Shown: in pieces, positions 1 to 9,219 of the stretch
Layout: each line of letters opens with the position of its first letter
Numbering within the stretch: the first letter of the stretch is position 1
Origin: Candidatus Moranbacteria bacterium RIFCSPHIGHO2_01_FULL_55_24
Lineage (GTDB): Bacteria; Patescibacteriota; Minisyncoccia; Moranbacterales; UBA1568
Length of the DNA: 64,000 nucleotides
NCBI GenBank assembly: GCA_001786575.1
Contig: MFRW01000009.1
Coordinates: 24,979 to 88,978 of the forward strand
Direction of reading: 5' to 3'
Notes under the pieces: model-generated
What the model was told of the DNA's origin: nothing
Databases searched by the model: none
Seen by the model: the letters and a program-made list of their open reading frames with translations, nothing else
Translations under genes and position numbers: made by a program

Positions 1-1
1 G

Positions 2-709
2 GTAGCAGAACAGCAATCACTCGAAGAAAAGAAGCAGCAGGCAGACACGCTTCTGACCCAGCTTGCCGAGCGCAACGACTACCTGGAATCGACCAAGGGA
101 AGCAAGGCTTCGCTTCTTGCGAAGACCCAGTCCGAGGCCGAGAAGTATGACGATCTGGTGGACGATCTCCAGAAGCAGCGCGAAGAATTGGAAAGCGAAA
201 TCGAAGGTTTGGAAGCCGGAAAAATAGATGATTTGGCAAGTCTCCCTGGATACAAGAAAGGGATGCTGGCCTATCCTGTAAAAAGTGTCAGTATCTCACA
301 AGGATACGGAAAGACTTCTTTCTCCAAGAAAGCTTATGCTTCCGGAAAGCATAACGGTATCGATTTTACCGGCTCTTCGGGGACTACGATTATGGCAGCA
401 GCAAATGGAAGGGTTGTCGGTACCGGAGACCTGGGCCGCTATGCCTATGGCAAGTGGGTCGCGATCGACCACGGGAACGGCATCGTGACGCTCTATGGCC
501 ATTTGCGAAAAATCAGCGTCAGCCGCGGCCAGAGCGTGGAAGAAGGAGAGAAGATCGGCGAGATGGGCAGTACGGGGTATTCGACCGGAACGCATGTCCA
601 CTTCACGGTATTTGCATCCAAGTCTTATGAAGTGGTCAGTTCTACCAAGGTGAAGGGTCTCAAGATCCCGATCGGCGCCTCCGTCAATCCGAAGGTCTAC
701 TTGCCATGA
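2..709 (+). CDS. M23 family peptidase / murein hydrolase activator (EnvC-like), 5'-truncated by window edge
   Basis: Frame open from window start; coiled-coil region then HNGID and HVH zinc motifs, STGYSTGTHVHF. Confidence 0.9.
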   Translation, partial: VAEQQSLEEKKQQADTLLTQLAERNDYLESTKGSKASLLAKTQSEAEKYDDLVDDLQKQREELESEIEGLEAGKIDDLASLPGYKKGMLAYPVKSVSISQGYGKTSFSKKAYASGKHNGIDFTGSSGTTIMAAANGRVVGTGDLGRYAYGKWVAIDHGNGIVTLYGHLRKISVSRGQSVEEGEKIGEMGSTGYSTGTHVHFTVFASKSYEVVSSTKVKGLKIPIGASVNPKVYLP

Positions 710-810
710 TGCCAGCGTATCCTATCCGGACTCGTTTCGCCAAAAGTATCGTCGCCGAGGTGCTTTTGCCGGAGTGCCAGACTGGAAAAATCGCGGAAGG
801 AGTATACTGA
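706..810 (+). pseudogene. 34-aa ORF, probable truncated gene remnant
   Basis: ATGA overlap with M23 stop; MMPAYPIRTRFAKSIVAEVLLPECQTGKIAEGVY*; stops at the -10 box of the next orphan gene. Confidence 0.4.
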
Positions 811-880
811 AAGACAGTTCTTTGAAAAATCCAGTTCTCAACGCATCCTAGCGTCCCTCTCAAGAAAGGAGGCTACTCTT

Positions 881-1138
881 ATGGGAAAGGTTATCCCATT
901 CCCGATGTTCCTTACGCGCATCGGGAAACCTGGTTCGCCGGAGGATCTCGGAAGAAAGATCATAACGGAACTTACCGAGCAGGATATCCATAATGTCCTG
1001 AAAGGTCTGACGGAAGGACTTCGCATCAGGATCAACAAGCATATGGCAGAAAAGAGATATTTCAGTGCTCTGTCGCATCTCGAACGCGCCAGAAGTGAAA
1101 TCCTTCTCGCCATAACAGAATTGGAGCGAAGCTCATGA
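881..1138 (+). CDS. hypothetical protein (85 aa)
   Basis: AGGAGG at 867-872, boxA-like leader, downstream terminator. Confidence 0.7.
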   Translation: MGKVIPFPMFLTRIGKPGSPEDLGRKIITELTEQDIHNVLKGLTEGLRIRINKHMAEKRYFSALSHLERARSEILLAITELERSS

Positions 1139-1154
1139 CGGAATTTCCGGCCTC

Positions 1155-1197
1155 GGACTCCCCTAGCTGTTTTCAACGAAAACAGGGGAGTCCTTTT
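1155..1197 (+). terminator. intrinsic terminator
   Basis: GGACTCCCCT...AGGGGAGTCC stem followed by T-run. Confidence 0.75.
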
Positions 1198-1397
1198 ATT
1201 TTATGGATATATGTCCTTACTCATTTAAGGAACGATGAAAGAGAAGACGAGAAGAAGAGAGGTGGTGACAAATGACAGGGGTGAGGGATACGTATATGTA
1301 CCCGGAAATTTTCCAAAACCGGCAGAACGCATTATATGAACGAGTTTCAGAAGCGTTTTATATGAAATTGGATATCTAAAGGTTTCTCTCATACATA

Positions 1398-1425
1398 ATG
1401 TCGCATAAGTTACATAAGGCGACAT
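1398..1425. other. dif-like Xer recombination site candidate
   Basis: ATGTCGCATAA-GTTACA-TAAGGCGACAT, 11-6-11 imperfect palindrome in AT-rich intergenic gap. Confidence 0.55.
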
Positions 1426-1670
1426 GGTATAGACAAAACACCCTAGCAATAAGCCAAGGAAAAATTGCCGCAGAATTTTCGGTTCTTTTTTATTGACGGC
1501 CCATCTCCCTGCCCCAGGTGTCAGATTTCAAAAAGCAGGGAGAAAAATAAAATAAAAATCCCTGAATTATCACCCAGGGATTTTTTCTTCTCTGGCCAGG
1601 AAGACTCCCCTTCTATTTGCCTTTCCTGGGAAATAAGAGTAGCTTGGAGGGTCATTATTTATACAAGCTT

Positions 1671-2051
1671 ATGAAAAAGCTGCTCGTGCCAGGAGTGATA
1701 GTCTTGGCGGTCATAGGGTTCCTTGGGACTCTTATGGATGATCCTTCACCATCCCAGACAAGCGTCCCAGCGCCGGCTATCGTAAATGAAGTAAAGCAGG
1801 CTCCGACTACGGCACCAGTCCAGGTAAAACCTGTTGAAGAGAAGAAAGTCGAAGCCCCGGCAGTGAAGAGTACTGCTTCCTGCGGAGAGGATTACTACCG
1901 GAACGTCGATGGTGATTGCGTGCATCGGCCGACGGCCGCTCCTTCTGCACCTGCAGGAGCAACGGCAAGGTGCCGAGATGGCACATACAGTTACAGCCAA
2001 CATAGAAGCGGCACTTGTTCCCACCACGGCGGCGTAGCAAGTTGGCTGTAA
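1671..2051 (+). CDS. secreted DUF3761-like protein
   Basis: Signal/TM N-terminus, Pro/Ala linker, C-terminal GATARCRDGTYSYSQHRSGTCSHHGGV motif. Confidence 0.85.
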   Translation: MKKLLVPGVIVLAVIGFLGTLMDDPSPSQTSVPAPAIVNEVKQAPTTAPVQVKPVEEKKVEAPAVKSTASCGEDYYRNVDGDCVHRPTAAPSAPAGATARCRDGTYSYSQHRSGTCSHHGGVASWL

Positions 2052-2150
2052 GTTTTTTGGATAAGAAAAGAGCGCAGATCGTGATAGATTTGCGCTCTTG
2101 AGTTTATTCGCCTCGGTTCAGGCGAATAGCCGGAAGAAGAATCTGCCGGA

Positions 2151-2579
2151 TCATTTGCGTGAAAGAAGTCTTTCCTGGAGAAACCTCTGCATGAGAGATT
2201 GATCCACTGGGATCGACACCTTGTAGACGCAGATTTCGCGTTCGCGGTCCGCCTGGACACTCTCGGTCCTTTTTTCGTCGATGCGGATCTCGAGCTTCTT
2301 GAGAATCATCGGGACATAGGTCGGATCATACGCGTGCGGCGTTTCTTCGGGAGTATCTCCCTGGTAATGGTTGTCCGTGAGGATCCAGAACGGGATTTTC
2401 TTCCGCCGGAAACCACAGAGCTTTTCTTCGAATTCCTCTTTCCGAGTGCAGATGGTGTATGCCAATTGATATTCGATTTCCTCCCATCTGAAGAGGTCGA
2501 GGAAATGCTTGAGATCCCACTTGTTCGTCTCCCAATACGCGAGTCCGAACAAGCAGAGTACTTCAGTTTCCTGCCACAT
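2151..2579 (-). CDS. hypothetical protein (142 aa)
   Basis: TTGACA-17-TATCAT promoter (2663-2635), AAGGAG SD, downstream hairpins. Confidence 0.7.
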   Translation of the reverse strand: MWQETEVLCLFGLAYWETNKWDLKHFLDLFRWEEIEYQLAYTICTRKEEFEEKLCGFRRKKIPFWILTDNHYQGDTPEETPHAYDPTYVPMILKKLEIRIDEKRTESVQADREREICVYKVSIPVDQSLMQRFLQERLLSRK

Positions 2580-2783
2580 GATTCACTGTCTCCTTGGCTA
2601 TTTTCTCTGGAAATTGTTAAGATACTAACTTCAAATGATAGCATATTTCTCGTGTTTTGTCAATGGTAGAAGGGAAGTATGAGGTTCTTGCCGGGGGGCC
2701 GAAAACCGGCCGAAGAGAGCCTATCCAACTCCGGGAGAGCGAGCTACAATGGAGACAGCTATCACTTTTCTTCTTCCCTCCCT

Positions 2784-4673
2784 ATGGGGCCATTTCCAAC
2801 CACGTGGTTTCAGAGAGGTATCATCCTGCTTGCTTTAGGCAGCTTTCTTTTTCTCGGTGCACAGTCGCTTGCGCACTTCGAGACTGTCGACGAGCATTTC
2901 TGGAAATATGAGCGTATCCCGGAGTACTGGACGGCTCTGCGGGAAGGCAAGTGGAAGAAGACGGCTGTGAACGACAAGCCGGGGATCACGGTAGCGCTCT
3001 TCGCCGGCCCGGGACTTCTCTTCTCCGATCCCGAAAAGCACCGCATCCGCGATGATGCCGCGACGCTCGGGGGCGAGCTCACCATCTACGATACCCGAGA
3101 GACCAGAGCGATGAATCTGGCTTTGCGTCTCCCGGTGCTTCTAGTGAATGCCGGTCTCATCCTTCTCATCGCTTTTCTTCTGCTCCGCATTTTCGGAAAC
3201 GCGTGGGTATCCGTCTTCGGAACGCTCTTCATCGCTACTTCGCCGATCCTCCTCGGTATCTCGCAGATCTTAAATCCCGATGCCTTCCTCTGGTCTTTCG
3301 GGACCGCAGCCATCCTCGCGTGGCTCGCGTATTTCAAGTCTTTCCAGGGACGCTATGTGGTACTGGCGGCTGTCATGCTGGGGTTCGCGCTTCTTTCCAA
3401 ATACACGGCGCATATCCTCTTCCCTTTCTTTCTCCTCCTCCCGTTAGGGCTCTTTCTTTTCGGACTGTTCCCGCTGAAGCGTCTGCAGAGAACCTGTTTC
3501 GCGTTCGCGGCCCTCGTCCTCGGGGCGTTCGCGTGGTTCAGCTTGTTTCTTCCGGCGGTATTTTTCAAGAAGAATCTCCTCTGGAAAAGCACCTTCGGCT
3601 TCTGGCAGGAGATGGGGATCCTGGTGCCGTTTGCAGCCGCCTTTCTCCTGGTAGGAGCGCTCGCGTATGCGGCCAGCGGCAAGGGGGCTGAAACGCTCCA
3701 GAAACGCTTTGCTCCCCTTGTCCCGTTCACGCGTTTCCTAGGGCTCGTTCCTCTGCTTTTCTTCGTGGCTATTCTCGTGTGCGGGCTGGGCAGTCAGCCA
3801 CTCATCCCGCTCGAGACCCATATGCTCATGGCCAAGAACAATGGAGAGTTGAGCTTCCCGACCATCGCGGCAGCGCTCCCCTCTTCGTTTCAGTTCATTA
3901 TCAAAACCATGGTGGAGCTCTACCCGCTCGTGTTCTCGTTCTCGCTCCCTGCCCTCTTCTTCCTCGCCTGGATATTGGTGCGGACGCTCTGGAACAAGGG
4001 AGACACGGAAGAGAGCCGCCACCAGCTCTTCTTCGTCCTGGCGGCAAGCTGGTTCGCGCTCGGTTTCGCAGCCGTCACGCTTTCCGCAGGCGTTCTCATG
4101 AACGCACGCTACGGTATCCTGCTTTTCCCTCTCGCCTACATCTTGGCGGGTCTCGGCGCTTGGGACTTCGTACTCTTCATCAAAAAAGTTTTCCCGCGTG
4201 CCGCTACAGAAGTGCTTGCTCTAGCCCTTGCAGCGCTCCTCTTGGCTTCCGGCATCTGTACCCTCGCCCAGGCCAAACCCTTCTATTTCAACTACACATC
4301 TCCCCTCCTCCAGAAGCAGTTCGTCATCCACGATGCCTGGGGCTACGGCCTCTACGAAGCCGCGGAATACCTGAACAGCCTTCCGGAAGACCAGCCCATA
4401 TATGTCTGGAGCGATCGGAACGGCATCTGCCAATTCCTGGAGCATCCGAAATGTGTCAGCGGCTACCGTCTCGACCGGGAAAAAACACCCCTCAAATATA
4501 TGGTGGTGAGCAAGCGCGGAATCGAACGCGGCTATATGCCCTACTGGTCCGGCGCGGCGAAAGAGACCCGGATCCCCATCATGGACTATGTCGGCATAGA
4601 GGCCAGAGCGGTCTGGCGTCTCGACATCCTCGGCCGGCCTGACAACTTCATCATGGTAGTGCCGGTAGAATAA
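2784..4673 (+). CDS. GT-C fold membrane glycosyltransferase (ArnT/PMT, GT39-like)
   Basis: Many TM helices, DE motif in first loop (VDEHFW), ALLSKYT motif; start uncertain (2679 possible). Confidence 0.8.
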   Translation: MGPFPTTWFQRGIILLALGSFLFLGAQSLAHFETVDEHFWKYERIPEYWTALREGKWKKTAVNDKPGITVALFAGPGLLFSDPEKHRIRDDAATLGGELTIYDTRETRAMNLALRLPVLLVNAGLILLIAFLLLRIFGNAWVSVFGTLFIATSPILLGISQILNPDAFLWSFGTAAILAWLAYFKSFQGRYVVLAAVMLGFALLSKYTAHILFPFFLLLPLGLFLFGLFPLKRLQRTCFAFAALVLGAFAWFSLFLPAVFFKKNLLWKSTFGFWQEMGILVPFAAAFLLVGALAYAASGKGAETLQKRFAPLVPFTRFLGLVPLLFFVAILVCGLGSQPLIPLETHMLMAKNNGELSFPTIAAALPSSFQFIIKTMVELYPLVFSFSLPALFFLAWILVRTLWNKGDTEESRHQLFFVLAASWFALGFAAVTLSAGVLMNARYGILLFPLAYILAGLGAWDFVLFIKKVFPRAATEVLALALAALLLASGICTLAQAKPFYFNYTSPLLQKQFVIHDAWGYGLYEAAEYLNSLPEDQPIYVWSDRNGICQFLEHPKCVSGYRLDREKTPLKYMVVSKRGIERGYMPYWSGAAKETRIPIMDYVGIEARAVWRLDILGRPDNFIMVVPVE

Positions 4674-4727
4674 GTAATAAAAAAACCGGGAAAGATCACG
4701 ATGGATCTTCCCCGGCCCTTGAAAGTT

Positions 4728-5606
4728 TTAGGCAGCGCTGACGCTGACTTGGTCTTTGCCATTCTGCTTCGAGGCGTAGAGCGCTTGGTCGGCCTTGTGG
4801 AGAGCCTCGCGGAGGCTGTCCTCATGCTCGTAGAGCACTTCGGCGATACCGACACTGGCGGTCACCTGGAGGCCGTCCGAGAAAGTGAACCGATCATCGC
4901 TTCGCATATAGGCTTGGAGGCGCTCGCAGAGCGGCCCAGCCTGTCCGGGAAGCGTGTTCGGCAGGATGACGACGAATTCGTCGCCGCCATCCCGACACAG
5001 GATGTCCTGGTCGCGGATGAACGTCTTCCGCAGATTCTCGGCGAATGCCATGAGCACTCCATCCCCGGCGGCGTGGCCATGGGTATCGTTCACGACCTTG
5101 AAGTTATCGAGGTCGATCCGGATGACTGCCATCTCGGCGTGCGCTTTGCCGATTCTGATGCGGACGAGATTGCTCTCGTTTTGTTTCGGCAGAGGCGCTA
5201 GCCCTTCGTGTTCGCGGAGTGCTTGTCCGCGCTTGTTCCCGAACATGCGGGCAAGTATGCTCCGCACCCGGTCGAATTGCACATCCTTCCCTCGCCGATT
5301 GTACAGCTTGGTCAGGTGGTCGCGATGCGCCTCTTCGCGCATCAGGTGGAGCTCGTGTTCCAAGCGCAACGTGCGCTCGCGTTCCTGCTTCAGGAATTCG
5401 TTTTCCCGCTCGAGCCCGAAGATCTTGGACTTCGCACCCTCGAGCAGAGCTTCGATAGCGTGGTTATGACCCACGGCGGCATCGCGGTCCTTCCGGGCAT
5501 TCTCCAGTTCTGTCTGGAGATTCTTGATTCTGCGGCGATCCTCCTCGAACCATTTCTTGACGTATTTCAGGAAACGCACGAACCGTTGAGTGGTTCTTTT
5601 CGGCAT
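4728..5606 (-). CDS. diguanylate cyclase (coiled coil + GGDEF)
   Basis: DHLTKLYNRR, DLDNFKVVNDTHGHAAGD, RDQD I-site, GGDEF; ATG at 5606 preceded by AAAGGGG. Confidence 0.9.
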   Translation of the reverse strand: MPKRTTQRFVRFLKYVKKWFEEDRRRIKNLQTELENARKDRDAAVGHNHAIEALLEGAKSKIFGLERENEFLKQERERTLRLEHELHLMREEAHRDHLTKLYNRRGKDVQFDRVRSILARMFGNKRGQALREHEGLAPLPKQNESNLVRIRIGKAHAEMAVIRIDLDNFKVVNDTHGHAAGDGVLMAFAENLRKTFIRDQDILCRDGGDEFVVILPNTLPGQAGPLCERLQAYMRSDDRFTFSDGLQVTASVGIAEVLYEHEDSLREALHKADQALYASKQNGKDQVSVSAA

Positions 5607-5754
5607 ATTTAGACCCCTTTCTGCCTGTGGTTGAAATTTCAAGGTACAATTAACATTCTAGCATGTTTTCGAGATGCTGTCAAGAGCACGGGGGTGCCGC
5701 CAGCCTAGAGGAAAAAGCCGGAAATTGGTACAATAGAGTGACTTATCAAAGCCT

Positions 5755-6918
5755 ATGCGTATCTCCTATTCCAGCCTGGATACCTACCAGACCTGTCCCC
5801 TCAAGTACAAGTTCAAGAATATCGACAAGATCGCCGAGCCCAAGTCCAAGGAGGCGGTTTTCGGCACCCTCGTCCACTCGGTCATGAAGTTCATCCACAG
5901 CTCGAACCTCGTCCCGCCGACCCTCGAGCAGTCTCTCGACTACTTCTCCCGCGGCTGGAACAGCGAAGTCTTCCCGGATGAGCTCGAGGAACGCGCCGCC
6001 TTCACCCAAGGCGTCCAGATGATCCAGCAGTACTACGAGAAGACCGATATCCCAGCTGCCCGGATCATCGATCTCGAGAGCCGCTTCTCCATAGAGATCG
6101 GCGACGATGAGCGCGGCCGCCACACCGTCTCCGGTATCATCGACCGCATCGACAAGACGCTGGACGGCTACGAGATCATCGACTACAAGACGACGCGCAA
6201 GATGCCGTCTCAAGACAAGGTCGACAACGACATCCAGCTTTCCATCTATCTGCGGGCGTTCCTCGACCGCTACCCGAAGGAAGCCGAGAACCTCGAGAAC
6301 ATCACCGTGAGCCTCTATTACCTGAAGCACGGCGTGAAGATGTCGGCGACGCGCACCAGAGAACAGCTCGAGAATCTCGAGAACACGTTCCTCGGGGTCA
6401 TCCAGGCGATCGAGAAGGCAGAGTTTCCGCCTGTCCTCTCCCCGCTCTGCGACTGGTGCGGCTACCAGAAGATCTGTCCGCTCTGGAAGCACAAGTTCGC
6501 CGAGACCCGGAAAGTCGAGACGGAAGAAGTGACCCAGGCGATCGAGGACTTCATGGGGCTGCGCAGGCAGATGGCCGAAGAGAAGCAGCAGATTGCCAAG
6601 CTTCAGGCGCTCATCCTCGAATACATGGAACAGGAAGGCGTGGAGCGCGTCTTCGGCGAGGCCGGCATCATCGGCAAGAGCCTGCGCACCACGTACAAGT
6701 ACGATCCGGAAAAACTGCGGGCGATACTCGACCCCCTGGATAAGTGGGAGGCGGTTCTCAAGGTAGACGGTATCGCGCTCAAGAACATCCTGGCGACTCT
6801 CCCTCCCGAGGCCAAGAAATCCGTGCAGGAGGCGAAGGTGCTCGACCGGCAATCGACGAGCCTGTCCGTGAAGAAAACTGGCGCGAGTGCCGAATATTCC
6901 GACGAAATCACGCTCTGA
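5755..6918 (+). CDS. PD-(D/E)XK RecB/AddB/Cas4-like nuclease
   Basis: SYSSLDTYQTCP, GIIDRID, IIDYKT, QLSIY, CDWCGYQKIC four-Cys staple. Confidence 0.88.
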   Translation: MRISYSSLDTYQTCPLKYKFKNIDKIAEPKSKEAVFGTLVHSVMKFIHSSNLVPPTLEQSLDYFSRGWNSEVFPDELEERAAFTQGVQMIQQYYEKTDIPAARIIDLESRFSIEIGDDERGRHTVSGIIDRIDKTLDGYEIIDYKTTRKMPSQDKVDNDIQLSIYLRAFLDRYPKEAENLENITVSLYYLKHGVKMSATRTREQLENLENTFLGVIQAIEKAEFPPVLSPLCDWCGYQKICPLWKHKFAETRKVETEEVTQAIEDFMGLRRQMAEEKQQIAKLQALILEYMEQEGVERVFGEAGIIGKSLRTTYKYDPEKLRAILDPLDKWEAVLKVDGIALKNILATLPPEAKKSVQEAKVLDRQSTSLSVKKTGASAEYSDEITL

Positions 6919-7012
6919 CGAAGAACCGGCCGGAGAGCCGGTTTTTCATTGACGGAACGGAGCAAATCGGATATAAACCGAGTAGTTGTTTTGGCAATCA
7001 GGAGATCCTGAA

Positions 7013-7474
7013 ATGGCAGAAATCTTCGCATTCCCGAGCGATAAGGCGAGGAAATCTTATCGCCAACAGCGGCCCGAGCGCGGCTGGTACCAGGAGAACG
7101 GCGTCCGCCTCTACCGCAATTACCAGCTCATAGATCTGGCCGGAGAACGCCCGAGAGGCCACCCAGAGCTCTCTTGCGACCCCCAGGGCATGGTTTTGCT
7201 TGCGACTGGCCAGGTATGGGTGGAGATCCATAATCAAGACCTCTGGGTCATCAGAAGGCTCGAAAAGAGGCCTTCTGGGAACTATCTGGTCTACTTGTCC
7301 ATGTATCGGCGCCGCAAGATTACTCTCATATTGTCGGAAATCGGCTTCCGTCAGAGCATGCTGGTCTGGGAGCACTATCTCAAGTTCAACCAGGAAACCG
7401 CGGAAATACTCCGCTCCATGTTCGAGGGTGATTTATCCGCTCCCGGAGGCACTCTGGAAGGGATGACAGAATGA
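7013..7474 (+). CDS. hypothetical protein
   Basis: TTGACG-17-TATAAA promoter (6949-6977), AGGAG SD, terminator after stop. Confidence 0.7.
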   Translation: MAEIFAFPSDKARKSYRQQRPERGWYQENGVRLYRNYQLIDLAGERPRGHPELSCDPQGMVLLATGQVWVEIHNQDLWVIRRLEKRPSGNYLVYLSMYRRRKITLILSEIGFRQSMLVWEHYLKFNQETAEILRSMFEGDLSAPGGTLEGMTE

Positions 7475-7519
7475 CCCGGCCACCGGGTACCGCATCGATT
7501 GATTTCGGTGCGGTTTTTT

Positions 7520-7837
7520 TTATTTCAATTCCCAGAGGATATCCCAGAAATCCTTGACCCGGTCTTTCTCGTCTATCTCGATCCCCTCTTTTTTATATAA
7601 TGCCAGGCGCTTTTTCCTCCGCTGCGTATCTACCCAGATGCGGCCGTCAGCATAGACGATCCGATGGAACGGGATATTCGTCTGGCCGTTCTCGTAGGCC
7701 TTGCCCAGGATAGTCGTGATGCTCTGGGCAGCCATGCCTCCCCCGCCCGCGGCGCGTGCGATCCGCCCGTACGTCGTCACCCGTCCCGCCGGTATCGAGA
7801 GCGCTATCTTCACTACCCGTTCGCTGAAAGTCTGCAT
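7520..7837 (-). CDS. MGMT-family alkyltransferase-like DNA-binding protein
   Basis: IPAGRVTTYGRIA and IPFHRIV motifs (F in place of catalytic Cys). Confidence 0.85.
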   Translation of the reverse strand: MQTFSERVVKIALSIPAGRVTTYGRIARAAGGGGMAAQSITTILGKAYENGQTNIPFHRIVYADGRIWVDTQRRKKRLALYKKEGIEIDEKDRVKDFWDILWELK

Positions 7838-7870
7838 ACGCTATTTTCTGCTAAAATCATCTGTTCATGA

Positions 7871-8461
7871 CTAGAAAAACGGTAACGCTTGGAGATACTC
7901 GTACGCATACGCGGCTACGAGAGCAAGCGATATATTGAAAACCAGATTGCCCAAGCCGAGAGGGATCATGACCCTCCAGAAAGGATAGCGCAGCAAACCC
8001 ATCGGGATGGTGATGACATCATTCGAGAGCGGGAGCAGAGAACCATACAAGAAAAAAAATATCGGCAAAAGCTTGGGATACTTTTGCTGCACGAAAGACA
8101 GTCTCTCTAACATGGACTGCAAGCGAGGAGACATCAATGACCTGCCTTGATGGCCGATGTAATAGGAAGTCGAGTCGCCGAGCATGACGCCGATGGCGGT
8201 TACCGTACCAAGCAGAAACGGGTTCAGTCCGCCGGTTGCCAATGCGATAAGGACCAGGTGGAACGGAATTCCGCTGAATGTCGTCAAACCGCCCAAGAGC
8301 GCGAGGAAAAAAATAAGAAGATAAGCATTTTCGACTCCGATGAAACCGAGGATATTTTCCGGGGATGAATAGGAGAAAACGAAAGAGAATCCGATAAAAA
8401 ACAGAATCGGAATGAGGCGCGGGGCGTATTTGAGTAATTTCTTCGCCGTAATGCTTAACAT
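7871..8461 (-). CDS. VTT/DedA family membrane protein
   Basis: GVMLGDSTSYYIG motif, hydrophobic profile. Confidence 0.8.
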   Translation of the reverse strand: MLSITAKKLLKYAPRLIPILFFIGFSFVFSYSSPENILGFIGVENAYLLIFFLALLGGLTTFSGIPFHLVLIALATGGLNPFLLGTVTAIGVMLGDSTSYYIGHQGRSLMSPRLQSMLERLSFVQQKYPKLLPIFFFLYGSLLPLSNDVITIPMGLLRYPFWRVMIPLGLGNLVFNISLALVAAYAYEYLQALPFF

Positions 8462-8469
8462 AGAGAATG

Positions 8470-8847
8470 CTATCTCGACTCATCGCGCAGCAGCCCGTCT
8501 TCTTTGCGGTCTTCTATGATCCGAATGAGCACTGCTTTGATGTGTCCGGTAGCCTTCTCCTCGCCCACGACAATGACCTGATCGCCGATCTGCAGGCCAT
8601 CTTGCTGTGTCCGCACCCCTTCCTTTACTACGGTCTGCTTGTCAGTATCGATGATGCGTTCATGGGCTTTGGCATCTGAAAGAACAAAGCCGCTCTCGGT
8701 TATCTGGATAACCTCTCCGAAATAGTGGTTCCCTTGCCACCGCAGATAACTGTGCGCCCCGATAAAGAAGACTCCCACGCCTACAAGCAAGATGCAGACT
8801 GGAATGAGTATGGATCTAGCGGGGATGTTTTTATATGATAGTTTCAT
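8470..8847 (-). CDS. membrane-anchored OB-fold-like (DUF5666-like) protein
   Basis: N-terminal TM, LQIGDQVIVVGE motif. Confidence 0.6.
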   Translation of the reverse strand: MKLSYKNIPARSILIPVCILLVGVGVFFIGAHSYLRWQGNHYFGEVIQITESGFVLSDAKAHERIIDTDKQTVVKEGVRTQQDGLQIGDQVIVVGEEKATGHIKAVLIRIIEDRKEDGLLRDESR

Positions 8848-8869
8848 ATGACAGATGTGAAGAAGATAC

Positions 8870-9040
8870 CTAATCCCATTTTTGTCCGAGGATATAGCCG
8901 GCGTAGATGCCGAGAAATCCTCCGATGGCGCTCCAGAATACGGATGCGATAGAAAAAGCGCTCTCGCCCCAGAGGGTCGGGATATAGCCTCCGAGAAATG
9001 TGCCTATGAAGAGAAGGAGAAAAACGAACTTTTTGGTCAT
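8870..9040 (-). CDS. small two-TM membrane protein
   Basis: Gly-rich hydrophobic 56-aa ORF co-oriented with neighbours. Confidence 0.7.
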   Translation of the reverse strand: MTKKFVFLLLFIGTFLGGYIPTLWGESAFSIASVFWSAIGGFLGIYAGYILGQKWD

Positions 9041-9219
9041 AATGTGTCTGTCTTGCAGGAGGATGTCACAACCTTTTTTATGGCTCAAAACTAGTATATC
9101 AGATAAAGAAAAAGGCGACCTCTTGAGAGATCGCCTCTGCTTCAGATGAAGCAGTTTTAGAGAAGCGGCACTTTGGCATATTGACCACCTGGAACGAACG
9201 GGAAGATCCAGGTATCTTT

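Noticed and set aside
1225-1449. 74-aa - strand ORF in the AT-rich gap
   Set aside because: No SD or recognisable motif; overlaps the dif-like site; likely non-coding.
5755-6918. Cas4-like gene as evidence for a CRISPR system
   Set aside because: No repeat-spacer array or other cas genes seen in the window.
9099-9219. Possible 26-aa ORF or structured RNA downstream of the YbhB gene
   Set aside because: Explained by short hairpins and a terminator; no independent support.
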